From: Camelus dromedarius
Taxonomy: Eukaryota
Direction of reading: 5' to 3'
NCBI RefSeq assembly: GCF_036321535.1
Contig: NC_087451.1
Coordinates: forward strand, 41,540,001-41,604,000
DNA length: 64,000 bases
How positions within the stretch are numbered: the first letter of the stretch is position 1; every line of letters begins with the position of its first letter. A program made the translations under genes and the position numbers. This document shows, piece after piece, positions 1 through 11,677 of the stretch. The notes below the pieces were generated by a model. The model made no database searches and was not told the origin of the DNA. It saw nothing but the letters and a program-made list of their open reading frames with translations.

Positions 1-2902
1 GGGCCTCCTCCTGGGTTGTGTTCATGGGAGATGCAGATGAAGCAGGAAGGGGGCCACCCATGGGTGTAGCCGGCAGTTTTCTCCCAGAGCCAGTGAGCCA
101 GGTCCGGCCAGCCTGCTGCCACCTCGGAGGTGGGAGGCAGAGCTGGCTCCTGGAGATCGCTTAACTTGGATGTGCCCAAGGACAGGGGCCAACCGACGTG
201 GGGCTTTCCTTATCTCACCAGAGCTCAGTGACCGCTGAATGTTATGAGTCTTCCTTCCCCTGACCTCGGTGACTAGGTGCAGGTTAATGAGTGAGAACGA
301 GGATGGAGAAGGAGCCCACCCAGAATCTGCCAGGTGGTAAGGCCTTTGAATACATAGAAGGTTTCTGCCCCTCCTGGACACAGTTCTTCCTGCTTCAGTC
401 AGCCGGCCTGTGCAGTCAGAAAGAGCCGCTACAGTGCTGGGTCTTACAGCAGGAGGCGCGCAGGTGCAGGGCCTGGCCAGCAGCCAGACCCCCTTGAAAA
501 ATGAAGCAGGGATTCCAGACCGTGAATCTGAGCCTCAGAGGAGAGCTTTAGAGCAGTGCTACCCCAAGGGTGGTGGGGACTGGTGCGGCGCTGCAGAGAG
601 TAAGCATGTGGAAATGTTGATGTGAAGCTGTCTTTGCCGTGACAACCACACACATTGTTAATAGACATCTCGCTGAGCGGGGTCTAGACCGGCTCAGATG
701 TTTTCTAACCCTCCAGGAGAGTTGTGTGGTGCAGCCTGCACAGTCATCGTGTGCAACACCATGTGCCAGTCTGCCACGGACTGGAGAAACCCACATGGCT
801 CTTCCACTTAGTGTGAGAAGCTCTGCTTCAGCCAGAGGAGAGCGCACGATGGCTGGCTTATCTGGGAGGGCCCCATGGAGGAGGAGGGTCTGGGGTAATG
901 GTTAGGCTCAGCATCAAGGGGAGGAGTGGGGGACACAGCAGAGACTGGAGGAGGAACCTCACCAGGGAAAGCAGCAGGTCCCACTCATGGAGCTTTGGGA
1001 GAGGACAGGCCCGCTGCAACACAGGCATTTCCTCCTTTATTCTCCCTCATGGTCCAGAGGAGGACCAACCTCTCTAGAGGTTGTGTGACTTGCCCAAGGT
1101 CACCTAGCCAGAAAGTGGCAGAGCTGGTTCCAATTCCACGCCTCCTGCATCCTCAGCTTCAGGGACAGTGCTCCTTCCTTGGGGATGCTCTGCTGCTCAG
1201 GGGTGCACATGTGCTACTGTGTGGGGCCAGAGTTCGACAGCCTGGCAGCAGTGTTTATGGTGAGGCCATTGGAGCCCAGCAATCCAGAGAGAAAGACACC
1301 AAAAGCTGCCCCATCCTCGCCCATAGGGAGCTAGAGGGTAGGGATGTGGACTGAGAGACAGGAGCCCATGGAGGGAGCCAAGAATTGGCCCATTCCTTCC
1401 ACTGGAGTCCTCTGCCCATTTCCTCCTCATCTGCCTATTCCTGCCTTGTAACCAGCGGAACTAGGGCAGCAGTGGGGAGGGATCCCCAGGCTGCCACCAA
1501 GTCTCCTCCCCAGCTCCTGCATGGGGATCAAAGTGCCCTGGACTTACTCTCTGAAGACCCCAGGTTCTGAGAAGGTTCTTGCACCTCTGTCCTCAGCCCA
1601 ACTCCAAACGTCCCTCTTGCAACATCTCCCACCAGCTCTGCCCCTCATGAAACAAAATGCTGTTCTTGCTTTTAGACGTGGACAAACGCCCCGGTGCTAT
1701 GGGGACCAGGCATGGAACATGGGGCAGGAATTGCTGAATGTTACTAAGTGGCACCAACAGCGTAGCACTTGATAAGCCATTGAGTCACACATCCACACGC
1801 AGAGCCGGGGAAACTATCTGTCTAGCTTGTCATTTTCGTGTCTCCTGTCACCATGGCACCTCCATGCGCATAGATAAACGTTCAGCGGGGAGCGGGAGCA
1901 GGGAGATGCCCTCCGTTGAATTCAGCATCTATTGTGTGCCTACTGGGCTTAGCGTACCAGACTAGGTGCTGGGGTTGCAGCCTTTTGTTTTTGTTTTCGC
2001 TTTTATTTTTAAGGAAATCCTCCTGGCCCAGGCAGAGCTCAGAATCTATGGTGGGACAAGGTCTCAGGTTAGATGCAAGTGACCAGGGGTCCGTGTGGGG
2101 TCTGGTTAGTAAATGCTTTGAACATCCTGTGGAGGGATGCCCCAAAGAGCTGGAGGGTCCTGTTGTTGGAGAGCTAGAGGCTCACATGAAGGGACGCAGA
2201 GCAAGCAAAGGAACAACTGGTGAGAGATGGACTTAGACTGGAGGGCTTCCTGGAGGAGAGGGTCAGGATGGTTCAGGAAGAATTTGGTGGACATGTTAGA
2301 CAGGATTGATGCAGAGAGACTGGGGGACAGAAGCCCCAGGAGGAACAGCTTGGCCAAAGGCAGGCAGCCTGCAGAAATGAGTATTCTGTGCGTGGCGGTA
2401 GGACAGAGGAATGGGGCAGAGGGCCAAAGAGAGAATGCAGAGATGTGGGGAGCATCTGGTTCTTTCACCCCTAGTGTGGGACAAGAGGACTCAATGGGGT
2501 CACGCATGTGGACCCTGGCACAGAGGCAGCTCGGAGCATGGCTCATCTGGCCAGAGAAGCTAAGCAGAGTGGAGGGAAAAGGCAAGAGGAGGGGGACAGG
2601 CAGGGCCTCAGACCAAGCCCAGGATGCAGGCGTCCCTCCAAGGGTCAGCCTCCAAGGCTCCTAGCCAGGCGCGTTGTTTTGTGTGGCCAGGGGTGTGGCC
2701 ATGGAGGCTGTCCAAACTGCCATCCACTCCCACTGCTGACCCTACAGTCCCAGGGGCCTAGCTGCTCCTCTGGGAGTCAGTCCTCCAGCCCTGTCCCTGG
2801 GTAGGTGGGTACTGCACACCTGTCTCACCAGTTTGACTGTGCAGTAGCCTCTTAAGGGAATGCTATTATAAATACTGCAAAGGACTCCCTGAGGATACCA
2901 GC

Positions 2903-2905
<3 letters not shown>

Positions 2906-2933
<28 letters not shown>
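2906..2933. repeat. (TG)14 microsatellite in CRHR1 intron 1
   Basis: Direct reading. Confidence 0.97.
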
Positions 2934-2939
<6 letters not shown>

Positions 2940-4052
2940 AGAGACAGACTGCACACTAGGGGCCAGTTAGAACCACAGAGGCAACAGGCTTTGTTCCTTC
3001 TGGACTCAGTGAGGGGGAGCCTGGCAGGCCTGGGACTTGGGGGAGCTCCTTCTCGTGGGTACGTGTCTGCAGCCTCCACACAGCGTGCCTCAAAGCATCC
3101 CTGCTCTCTGGGGCTCTCCTGACCCTGATGTCTGAGGAAGGCTGCGAGCAGCAAGTTAGGGAGGGTGCTGGTAATTCTTGTAAGAAATGGAGAGAGGGTG
3201 TTTCCGGTAAATGCCATCTCTGACTTCAGTAACCAAGGCATGCATTCTCTTGGCTGCTAAGGAGGAAGTACAAAGCAAGAATGACCAAAAAAGACACACA
3301 GGCCTTTTATCTTGCTATCACCTCTTTCTCTCTCCCTTCCTCCTTCTCTCCCTCCCCTTCCCTCCCTCCTCTCTCCTCTTTCCTCCAGGCTTTTCTGTCC
3401 TGATCTCTCTCTCATGCCAGCTTTATCCGGTGGTCTCCATCTCTGCATCACTTTAGTTTTTCTCTGTCTGTCTGTGTGTCCAAATCGTTTTTTTTCCCCC
3501 CAAATCTTATATAAAAATAAAATCGTCTGCCCTGAGCCAGCCCATGGGCACCCAGCTGGCCCTTTGCTTCTGACAGTGGGCTGGGGGGTCCCCAGTGCAG
3601 GGGGGCTTTCTGCTCCTTACACAGCCAGGGGTTTTTCCTTCGACCCTTCCCCAGGGTAGCTGGACTCCTCCTGGACCTGGTTTCCTTCTCCAGCTTGCAG
3701 AGCCCAGCCCCTCATCCCTGGGCCTCCTTCCCTATCCCACCCAGCCCCGCCTGCACAGTGGTGGGGCTGATCCAGGAATGGCTGGTACCTCTGGAAACCA
3801 CCGAGCCCTTCACATACTCTCCCCAGGAGTCTGGGGGGCCATGGATCAAAGCAGGGAAGGGGGAACTCCTGCTGTAAATGGAAATGTCGCAGCCATCTCT
3901 TGCCCTAGCCCATCACCTTGGGCAGCCTGCCCTCCAGCTCTTTGGCTCCATGTACTTGCCAGGGTTACTGAGTAATATGTTGTCTCAAAGGCCTAATCTC
4001 TCAGCACTTACAGATTCAACCAAGTCTCCCACTGTGCCTCACAGTAGCCCTA

Positions 4053-4785
4053 TTTTTTTTTGAAGTATAGTTATTTACAATGCTGTGTTGGTTTCCGATA
4101 TACAACAAAGTGATTCAGTTATATACGTATATATATATTATTTTTCAGATTCTTTTCATTATAGGTTATTACAATCTATTGAATATAGTTCCCTGTGCTA
4201 TACAGTAGGTCCTTGTTTACCTATTTTACATATAGTAGCTTTTATCTGTTAATCACAAACTCCTAATTTATTCTTCCCCACTCCCTTTCTACTTTGGTAA
4301 CCCTAAGTTTGTTTCCTATGTCTGTATGTTTCTGTTTTATAAATAAGTTCATTTATATTTTTAGATCCCACATATAAGTGACAGCATATGATACTTGTTT
4401 TTTACTTANNNNNNNNNNNNNNNNNNNNNNNNNNNNNNNNNNNNNNNNNNNNNNNNNNNNNNNNNNNNNNNNNNNNNNNNNNNNNNNNNNNNNNNNNNNN
4501 NNNNNNNNNNNNNNNNNNNNNNNNNNNNNNNNNNNNNNNNNNNNNNNNNNNNNNNNNNNNNNNNNNNNNNNNNNNNNNNNNNNNNNNNNNNNNNNNNNNN
4601 NNNNNNNNNNNNNNNNNNNNNNNNNNNNNNNNNNNNNNCACGTATTTTTTTGAATTAGAGTTTTCTCCAGATACATGCCTAGAAGTGGGATTGTTGGATC
4701 ATATGGTAACTCTATTTTTAGTTTTTTAAGGAATCTCCATACTGTTTTCCATAGTGGCTGCACCAAATTACATTCCCACCAACTC
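4053..4785 (-). mobile_element. 5'-truncated L1 (ORF2 C-terminus + 3'UTR) in CRHR1 intron 1, containing N gap 4409-4638
   Basis: The minus-strand [38 protein letters not shown] is the classic L1 ORF2 C-terminal motif. T tract at 4053-4061; candidate TSD TAGCCCTA (4045-4052 and 4786-4793). Confidence 0.92.
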
Positions 4786-7700
4786 TAGCCCTACTACCTC
4801 TTAAAACTCACTGGCAGGTGGGCTCCAAATTGTAGTCTGTCAGACTATAACAAACCTTGCCTCCCTGGTTCTTCAGGCACAGAAGTAGCTAGACCAGTCT
4901 GGCCAGTTTCTGTCCTGGGCTCTGACCTAGGCACCCTGGCTCCCAGCCAGATTGGCTGGAGGATGGGAACAGATTGATAGGTGGTGGTGGTGGTGGGGGT
5001 AGGTGTGTGCCCCACAAACCCCACCTCTAAGCACCTTGCTGGGGCTGCTCCCTGGGACCCAGCAGGGCCAGGGGCGGGATGGTGATATTGCTTGTGTTTA
5101 TAGGGCAGAAAGAGCACCCACAAATATCTTCAGTTTCACGGCTCCTGGGTGGATGGTTGCCAAAGAACACATTCACCTAAAGCATTTGAGTCGGTGGTTC
5201 TGTATACATGGGACCCATCTCCCAGAACTGCATCTCAACACGCTCATGTCACAGAAAAGGACGTGCATATCCATATTCCCCAAGTCTTCCTCCTTAGTTC
5301 TCCCTAACCTGCCTTCCAGACTCTTAATTTTGTTGAAGCAGACACCAATTATTCCGAAGAGAAATGGTTAATAATCTGTTGCTTAACAGAATCCAGCTGG
5401 TTATTTTCAAAATAATTGTTGGCATCAGTGAGTTAATCACTTTGTATTATCCTCCCTATTTGTCTCTATTTTAATTGTCAAATGTTTTCACACGTCAGAG
5501 ATGGTCAAGAGCCAACAGCAGGCACCCCTGTCCTTTGACCTTTGAGCTTGGCTGATGGCAGGTGGCCCCATCCCTTCTCCACAGAGACTTTGTAAACGAC
5601 CCTGGGGCAGGAGGAGATTCTACGTTGCCAAGCACTCCTTCCTCCACCTCTCTCTCCCTTACCACTCCTCCTTTTGCTGTTTTTCCTTGGACTGATAAAA
5701 TTTGGTAAGATTTATTAAGTGATTACTATATTTACTATTTGTTAAGCACTTACTTTGTGCCAGACAATGTGCAGTTTTGCCTAGTTTCACACTTGATATC
5801 TCATGAAGTCATTATGATTATCCTATAAAGTAGATACTATTTTTTTTTTACAGGTGAAGAAACTGAGATTTAGAGTAATAACCTAACTTTGTACCAGAGT
5901 TGGGATTCAAGCCCACATCTGCTTCACCTGATGTTCCCACCTGCACAAGATGATGCTGACTGCCACATTGCATGGAGCGAGGGACGTCTGGTCAAGAGGG
6001 ACAAGTCCGAAGACAAGTATTTAAAAAAGACTTGATGATGTTATTTCCAAGGGACTCTGCTGACAGGGGCCCCAAGAGTCTAAGTAGACAGGAGTAATTT
6101 GTAATTAACAAATTCATTCATTGAATATAAAAAACTGCAGCTAAAATCGCAACTTGGCCTTAGCTCCAAAATGGGCTCACTCTTCCTTCTGTTGATGCCA
6201 TGAATGGTGAGGTAGAGTCAGAGCTGGGAGAGATCACCCCACCCTTTCCTTTCACAGAGGAGGAAACAGAAAGGCCCCAGGTCACCTGCTACCAACCTGC
6301 TTTCCTCCAGACCAGCCAAGGTTCCATCCTCAACAGAATCTCCAGATCAGTGGGGTGCTACATCAGCTGTTTGTTACTTTCTTTTCTTTTCTTTTTAAAA
6401 ATAACCATAGTGGGCTTAAGGGGCAGTTCCAATCTTTTCTGCATCAGAGATGGCTTTTCTGCTAGAGTGGTTTTGGCATCTCAGCCTGTTTTGACATGAT
6501 GCCTGCATCTTGGGGGACCAGCAATGGGTCCGCTTCAATCATACAGTACTAAGCTAGAGGAAGCAATGACATCATCCATCTAGTCAGCAAACGTTTGTGA
6601 ATCACTTACTACGTGCAATGGATTATTAGGCCCAGGGTGAAGGATAAAAGAAGCAAAGATGCTATATATTGAATTGAATGTCCAATAGCTTTTCCTAGTT
6701 GTTTTTCCTGCATTATCTTATTTTCTCTGAAGAGCAATCACCTTTCAGCTTTTTCTGAAAACAAACTGTGCCAGGTGCTGTTCCAGGCACTTTGCATGTG
6801 TTAACTCATTTCATCTGTACCTCAACCTTATGAGTTAGGTATTGCCTCCATTTCATAGCTGGGAACATCCAAGCTTAGAGAGGGTACTTCAGATCTTGAG
6901 GTCCCGCAGCTGGGAAGGGACAGAGCTGGGAATTGAATCTGCTGCATCCCACACTTCCCATGTGAGGTTGTGACCCTAAGGACTGTTTTTAGAAACAGAT
7001 CTTTCACAGAGATGTGAATGGTAACAGGGACTCTAGTCCAATATCCCTGTTTATAGACAGAGAAACTGTGGCTCAGAGAGGGAAGGTGACCTACCTGAAG
7101 TCACACAGCTAATTAAAGGCATAGCTGTGACTGACATTAGTTTTGCTAACTCCCAGGCTGTTGGACTTTCCATCCCAATAGTGGCTAAAATGATCAACCC
7201 TGTGCCTAACCCCTTTCTTCTAGGTCACATCATGGCCGGGGCTCAGGCCCATGGGCTTGGCAAGCATCATGGGCACTTAATGTGCTGCCAAAGGGCAGCT
7301 TGGACCCTCCAAACTCCTTCTGTGCAGCTGAACCCCACTGTCTGCTGATGCTCTCCGAGGAGTCAAACGTTAGAGAGGGTGAGCAATGGATTTTCTACTT
7401 GAGCCCTTCTCACTGGCTCTGGGTCGGGTCCTGCTTTTCCGCAAATCTACGCCCTCCTTAAGAACTGGCTGGACCCAAGTCATGCCCCTGCGTGGCATTG
7501 GGCATATCACATCCTGACGGCTTGGCCGGGCTGTCAGCCCCTCTTCTCCTACTTTGCCATCCCCCATGGTTCACTTTTTTGCCTTCATTTTCCCTTTTAC
7601 CAATGCTCCCCTCAAAAACTTGGCACCACATGATTTGTCAACGAAGCAGTTTGGAAATGGCCCAAACATGCATGGATCTAGGCGTGGCAAAGAACAACCA

Positions 7701-8444
7701 TTCCCAGGGAATATGCAGATGTTGACAACCTTCCTCTGGAGGCTCAGGAATAACATGGGACAGACTTGGGCTGTGGCACAGTGAAAGGGTGTTCCTGATG
7801 GCCACAGCTGTGCCCAAACCTGCACTTGCACACACAAAAAATGCCTGCAGGGATTCTTTTAAAAATGGTAACAATAGCTGCGTTAGGAGGGTGAAATTGT
7901 AATAATTTTGCCCTTTGGTTTTTGAAATTTGTGTGATACTGCTAGACTGCTTTTATGACCACAATAGCGATAAAACCAGCTCCCTCCTCAGAACTCACTC
8001 TCCCTTTAAAGCCCACCTGGCCTTGCCTTCTCCACTTCTCACACTCACTCAGACCTGCCTTTCTGAGCCACACTTGGGTCTCCCTGTGAGGAGCTGGTGG
8101 GTAGCTTCACCCAACTCCTTGGCATCCACACACACTCTTACATACACCCCATCTTTCCCTCATTCACACACACAACCACCCTCCCATGCACGCACACACA
8201 TTTCTCACTCCCCCCCACCTCCCGCCCCAGTTCTCTGTATCCGGGACAGTGCAAGGCTCACAATAAGACCCAGAGTAGACCATTTCCCAATACTGGCTGA
8301 CACGGTGAGGAAAGAGCCAGATTTTGGATGAACCCCCCCTAGATTCTGACTTTTATACTGAAAAAAACACCTGCACTCTCCTCTATCAGAGGTCTAGGAT
8401 GAGATTTAAGGGGCTTAAAATATTTTCTGGTAAAAGCTAACAAA

Positions 8445-8640
8445 ACAAGGCCTTAGACTACAGCGCCTGGGTTTGAAATTCTCGCTCCACCACTCATTGG
8501 CTGTATGTGAACAAGTTACTTAGCCTCTCTGTGCCTCAGTAATAACTCTTACTTCCCAGGGCTGTTATGAGGACTAAATAAACTGATATTTGCAAAGCAG
8601 GTAGAACAGTGCCCAGCAAGTTGTATGTGCTACATAAATA
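8445..8640 (+). mobile_element. MIR
   Basis: cctgggtttgaaattctcgctccaccactc..caagttacttagcctctctgtgcctcagt..gggctgttatgaggactaaat. Confidence 0.75.
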
Positions 8641-9222
8641 AAAGGTAAAAGTAATTATTTAATTGAAATCAGCCTTAACTGCCCATTCATTCACTGCCTC
8701 TCATTCATTCAGTATATATTTACTGAGCACCACCTGAATTCATTAGGGTAGCTATACAGGCACACACACTCCCCTAGTAGGAGAAACACACACACAACAA
8801 CAGGAAAAAATATTTTTTTCTTTTAGGAAAGCATCATAATTCTAAGCAGAGATTTGCACATGATTCTAAGAAAGGTCAGAGAAAGAACATTTGCCTATTT
8901 CCATGTAAAGTCAAAAACAAAAGAAAAAATCTATGGTTCAGTCCTTTGAACTTATTGAAAATGTTGAATATCGTCTAACTGATTTGCGGATTTAGACCAA
9001 GGTTTGCGAATATAGACCACTAGCCTTTTGGAAAATATTCCCATTCAGTGCCATTTATCCAGCCTCTCTGGATGTTCTTCTTCCTCCCTTCCAGGGTCTC
9101 CTTGATCACCCAGAAAATAATCTCTGGGTTCACCCCCAGTCTTCAGTGGAGAAGAAGATACGGGTTCAATCAGATCAACCCTCAGTCATTTGAATAAACA
9201 ACTTATAAATATTCGGGAGAGG

Positions 9223-9257
9223 AGGGAGAGAAGGGAGAGAAGGGAGAGAAGGGAGAA
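9223..9257. repeat. (AGGGAGAGA) x about 4 polypurine tandem repeat at the edge of the CpG island
   Basis: agggagaga agggagaga agggagaga agggagaa. Confidence 0.9.
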
Positions 9258-10481
9258 AGCCTCAGAACCGGGAATGTCTCAACTGATGATCTAGCAGCAG
9301 GTGCGTTTTAAAGTCTTGGTGGTTTAATTCAAACCACTTTATGTATTGATATACGTATACTTGGTTTAATAACTGACGGAAAAATGAAATTCAGTCAGTA
9401 CGCTCCCCTCCCCCAAATCCATTCAATTCTTTTGAATGTAATCGCTTTTAAATGCTCTGAATCCAGTCGAGCTGGTGTCTGCTCCGGCGGTCCACACTGA
9501 CCCTGCGGATTCCGGATCCTCAGGCGGGAGCCTCTCCGGATTCCCCCGCGGCGGCTCCGAGGCCCACCTTCCCCTCCCTCCCTCTGCTGCCTCCTTGCCT
9601 ACACCCCGCCAGCCCAATCGTTTTGGGAATCGCTCTGCAAAGGGGAAGTGGGGGCTGTCACTAGCGGCGGACTCGGCTGTCGACCCCCTAATCTTTCCCC
9701 GGGCTCACGGGCAGTCCCCGCCGCCCCCGAACTTTAGCGAGCAGACGCTGGACGTGCGGCTTTCCTGGCGACTTTCCTAAACTCCGGGCGCCAGAATCGC
9801 GTCGCCAGAGCCGGGGCAGGAGCGAGCTGGCGCGGGGACCCGTGAGTGCAAAGGCTGGGAGAGCGAGAGCTGGGCTCCCGCGGGCGGGCCGGCGGCGGCG
9901 GAGGAACGGTAACCACCGCCGGATGCACCGTTTGCTCCCCAGAGATTGCGATATTGATTCAGGGCTCGAAGGCGCCGGGGACATTTATCTCCCTGGACTT
10001 GCAGAGGCTGGAAGGAGAGCCCAGGAACAGGGCGAAGGCGTGCAGAGTTGGAAAGCAGATGAGAGGGTGCTGGGGGCCGTGGGAAACCCCTCTCCAGAGC
10101 CTCCTACCCCGGGAACCTGGTTTACACGGGAGGGGTGGGAGGAGGAACAATGCATCGGTTCCCAAAGCCAAGAGCGATTCCCCGCGCAGAGCTGGTTAGC
10201 CGGGTGGGCGGACCCCCTCCTCCGCCAACATCCCGGCAGCTTCGCCACAACGATTTCTTTTCCCCTACCCTCAGAGTTCTCCCCCCACAGCCGAATGCCT
10301 GCTCCAAAGGTCCAGGAAGAGGGAGTTGGGCCGCCCTTCAAACCGCGGTCGCCCCCGGACCTCGGCACAGTTCTGCTCGGTGACACCCACCCCCTCCGCG
10401 TATCACACTCACAGCCCACCAAGCCCCGCGCGCCGGGAGCTGGGGGCGCCCGCGCTCGAACGCTGACCGGCTTGCTCTTAC

Positions 10482-10514
10482 CTTGACGAGCCGGAGCTGC
10501 GGGCGCCGTCCCAT
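10482..10514 (-). CDS. CRHR1: CRHR1 first coding exon segment (33 nt, MGRRPQLRLVK; start of the signal peptide of the class B GPCR CRF1)
   Basis: The minus strand reads ccgaggATGGGACGGCGCCCGCAGCTCCGGCTCGTCAAG|GTAAGAG: strong Kozak (A at -3, G at +4), 11 codons and a canonical phase-0 GTAAG donor at 10481. The peptide matches the recalled N-terminus of mammalian CRF1 (rat MGRRPQLRLVK, human MGGHPQLRLVK) and the known 33-nt coding part of exon 1. Confidence 0.95.
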
Positions 10515-10530
10515 CCTCGGGCTCGCTCCG

Positions 10531-10563
10531 TCACCGTCCTGGATACCTGGGTTCCTCGGACAT
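10531..10563 (-). CDS. Upstream ORF in the CRHR1 5'UTR, 10 aa (MSEEPRYPGR*)
   Basis: ATG TCC GAG GAA CCC AGG TAT CCA GGA CGG TGA, ending 16 nt before the main ATG, with G at -3. Confidence 0.8.
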   Translation of the reverse strand: MSEEPRYPGR

Positions 10564-11677
10564 CCCAGAGGGGGCGGCGGGCGGTTGCCGGCTCTGGCAG
10601 CGTGGAGTGGGCTGCCGGGCTCCTGTGTAGCTGCCCGGCGCTGAGGTGCCCGGCTCCGCGCTCTCGGGCCCCGCAGCCCGGCCCAGCAGGCTCTCGTCTC
10701 CTTCCCGGGCAAGTCCGGCCGCCGTTTCCCGACTCAGCCCGGCCAGCAGCTGCCTCTCGCCCGCGCGGAGCCCGCCTCGCCCCCGCCGCCTCCCCCTAGA
10801 TCCGCGCCGCTATTAGCCTCGGCTCCCCGCCCCCTCGCTTGGGCGTCCCCTTCCCTCCCCTTTTCTCTCCTCCCTTCCCCTCCGGTCCCTCCTCCTGGCC
10901 TCGCCCCTCTGCTCCCTCTCCCACCCCGCCTCCCCTGTCCCTTCCCCTTTCTGGGGCCGGCTTCCCGCGCCCTCACGGCGCTGACCCCCTTTCCCTGCGC
11001 CCGGGTTTGCGGCAATCGGCGGGGCGCGCTGGCAGTCCTGGCGGCCGCCGCAGCCCGGGGAGAAGCTGGAGACTGTAGGGCGGGGGTGGGGGGAGCGGGA
11101 GAGGAGCCAGCCTCCCGTCTCCAGCCCGATTTCAGGCTGGGGCCTGGAGAGTCCAAAGGAGTCTGGGGAGACTTGATGCGGGCATGTGAATCTCTAAGAA
11201 TGCAGCTATTGGAGGCTGGGGACTAGGGCAGCTCGGATTGAGCAGAGCTGCCACGTTAACCGGGTGAAGCTAGGAACTGCGTTCGGGCAGTTCCCGCCCT
11301 GAAGCCGGCCAGGAGAAGATCCCCGCCGCCCCTACTTCAGCAGGGCGGAGATGTTGGGCCCGATCCCCCGCGCTTTTTGCACTGATGTGCCAGGTGCGCG
11401 CAGAGACTCTAAAGCTCTGCGGAAGGAACCCTTCTCATTCATTCATTGTCATTCATTCATTCGTTCGTTCATCCATCCATTCATTCTACAAACTAAGCGA
11501 CCGTCCAGTTTGGTCCCGGCAAGGGGCTGAACCTGGGATCCCCAAGACGAGGGGAGATGGCGGTGCCCTGCAGAACTAGCGGGCGTCTGAAACCCGTGGA
11601 GGGGAAAGCCGAGCACGCATTGCGCTATTGAGGGGAAAGCAGTTAGGAATCCAACGGGCTTGGTGAGGAGGAGGCCA

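Larger units (their letters stand above)
1..10481 (-). other. CRHR1: CRHR1 intron 1 (5' part); exon 2 lies beyond the left edge of the window
   Basis: Begins at the GTAAG donor. I found no sequence encoding the expected exon 2 peptide (ALLLLGLNPVS...) between 1 and 10481. Intron 1 is known to be long (about 20 kb in human). Confidence 0.85.
10482..10735 (-). other. CRHR1: CRHR1 exon 1 (5'UTR + first 11 codons); 5' boundary approximate
   Basis: The minus-strand sequence from about 10730 (gggaaacggcggccggacttgcccgggaagg ... gggatgtccgaggaacccaggtatccaggacggtgacggagcgagcccgaggATG) is colinear with my recollection of the human CRHR1 5'UTR. The TSS cannot be fixed from sequence alone. Confidence 0.75.

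Noticed and set aside
4353-4766. ORFs running through N blocks (also 32.4, 53.1 and 54.2 kb)
   Set aside because: Length is inflated by X codons; the flanks are L1 relics.
6566-6575. ATGACATCAT CRE/Jun-like site in intron 1
   Set aside because: A single short motif with no clustering; an equivalent copy occurs by chance inside an MLT1 relic at about 58229.
10338-10481. Continuation of the CRHR1 frame past ...RLVK (VRASRSAFERG...)
   Set aside because: This is intron read-through beyond the GTAAG donor; the real protein continues ALLLLG in exon 2.
9842-10486. 214-aa plus-strand ORF antisense to the start of CRHR1 intron 1
   Set aside because: GTG start, Arg/Gly/Pro-rich, and the expected by-product of a stop-poor CpG island; overlapping ORFs occur in most frames here.
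10809-10817. GCTAATAGC on the minus strand as a TATA box
   Set aside because: Poor match to TATAWAW and about 80 nt from the inferred TSS; the promoter looks like a TATA-less CpG-island type.
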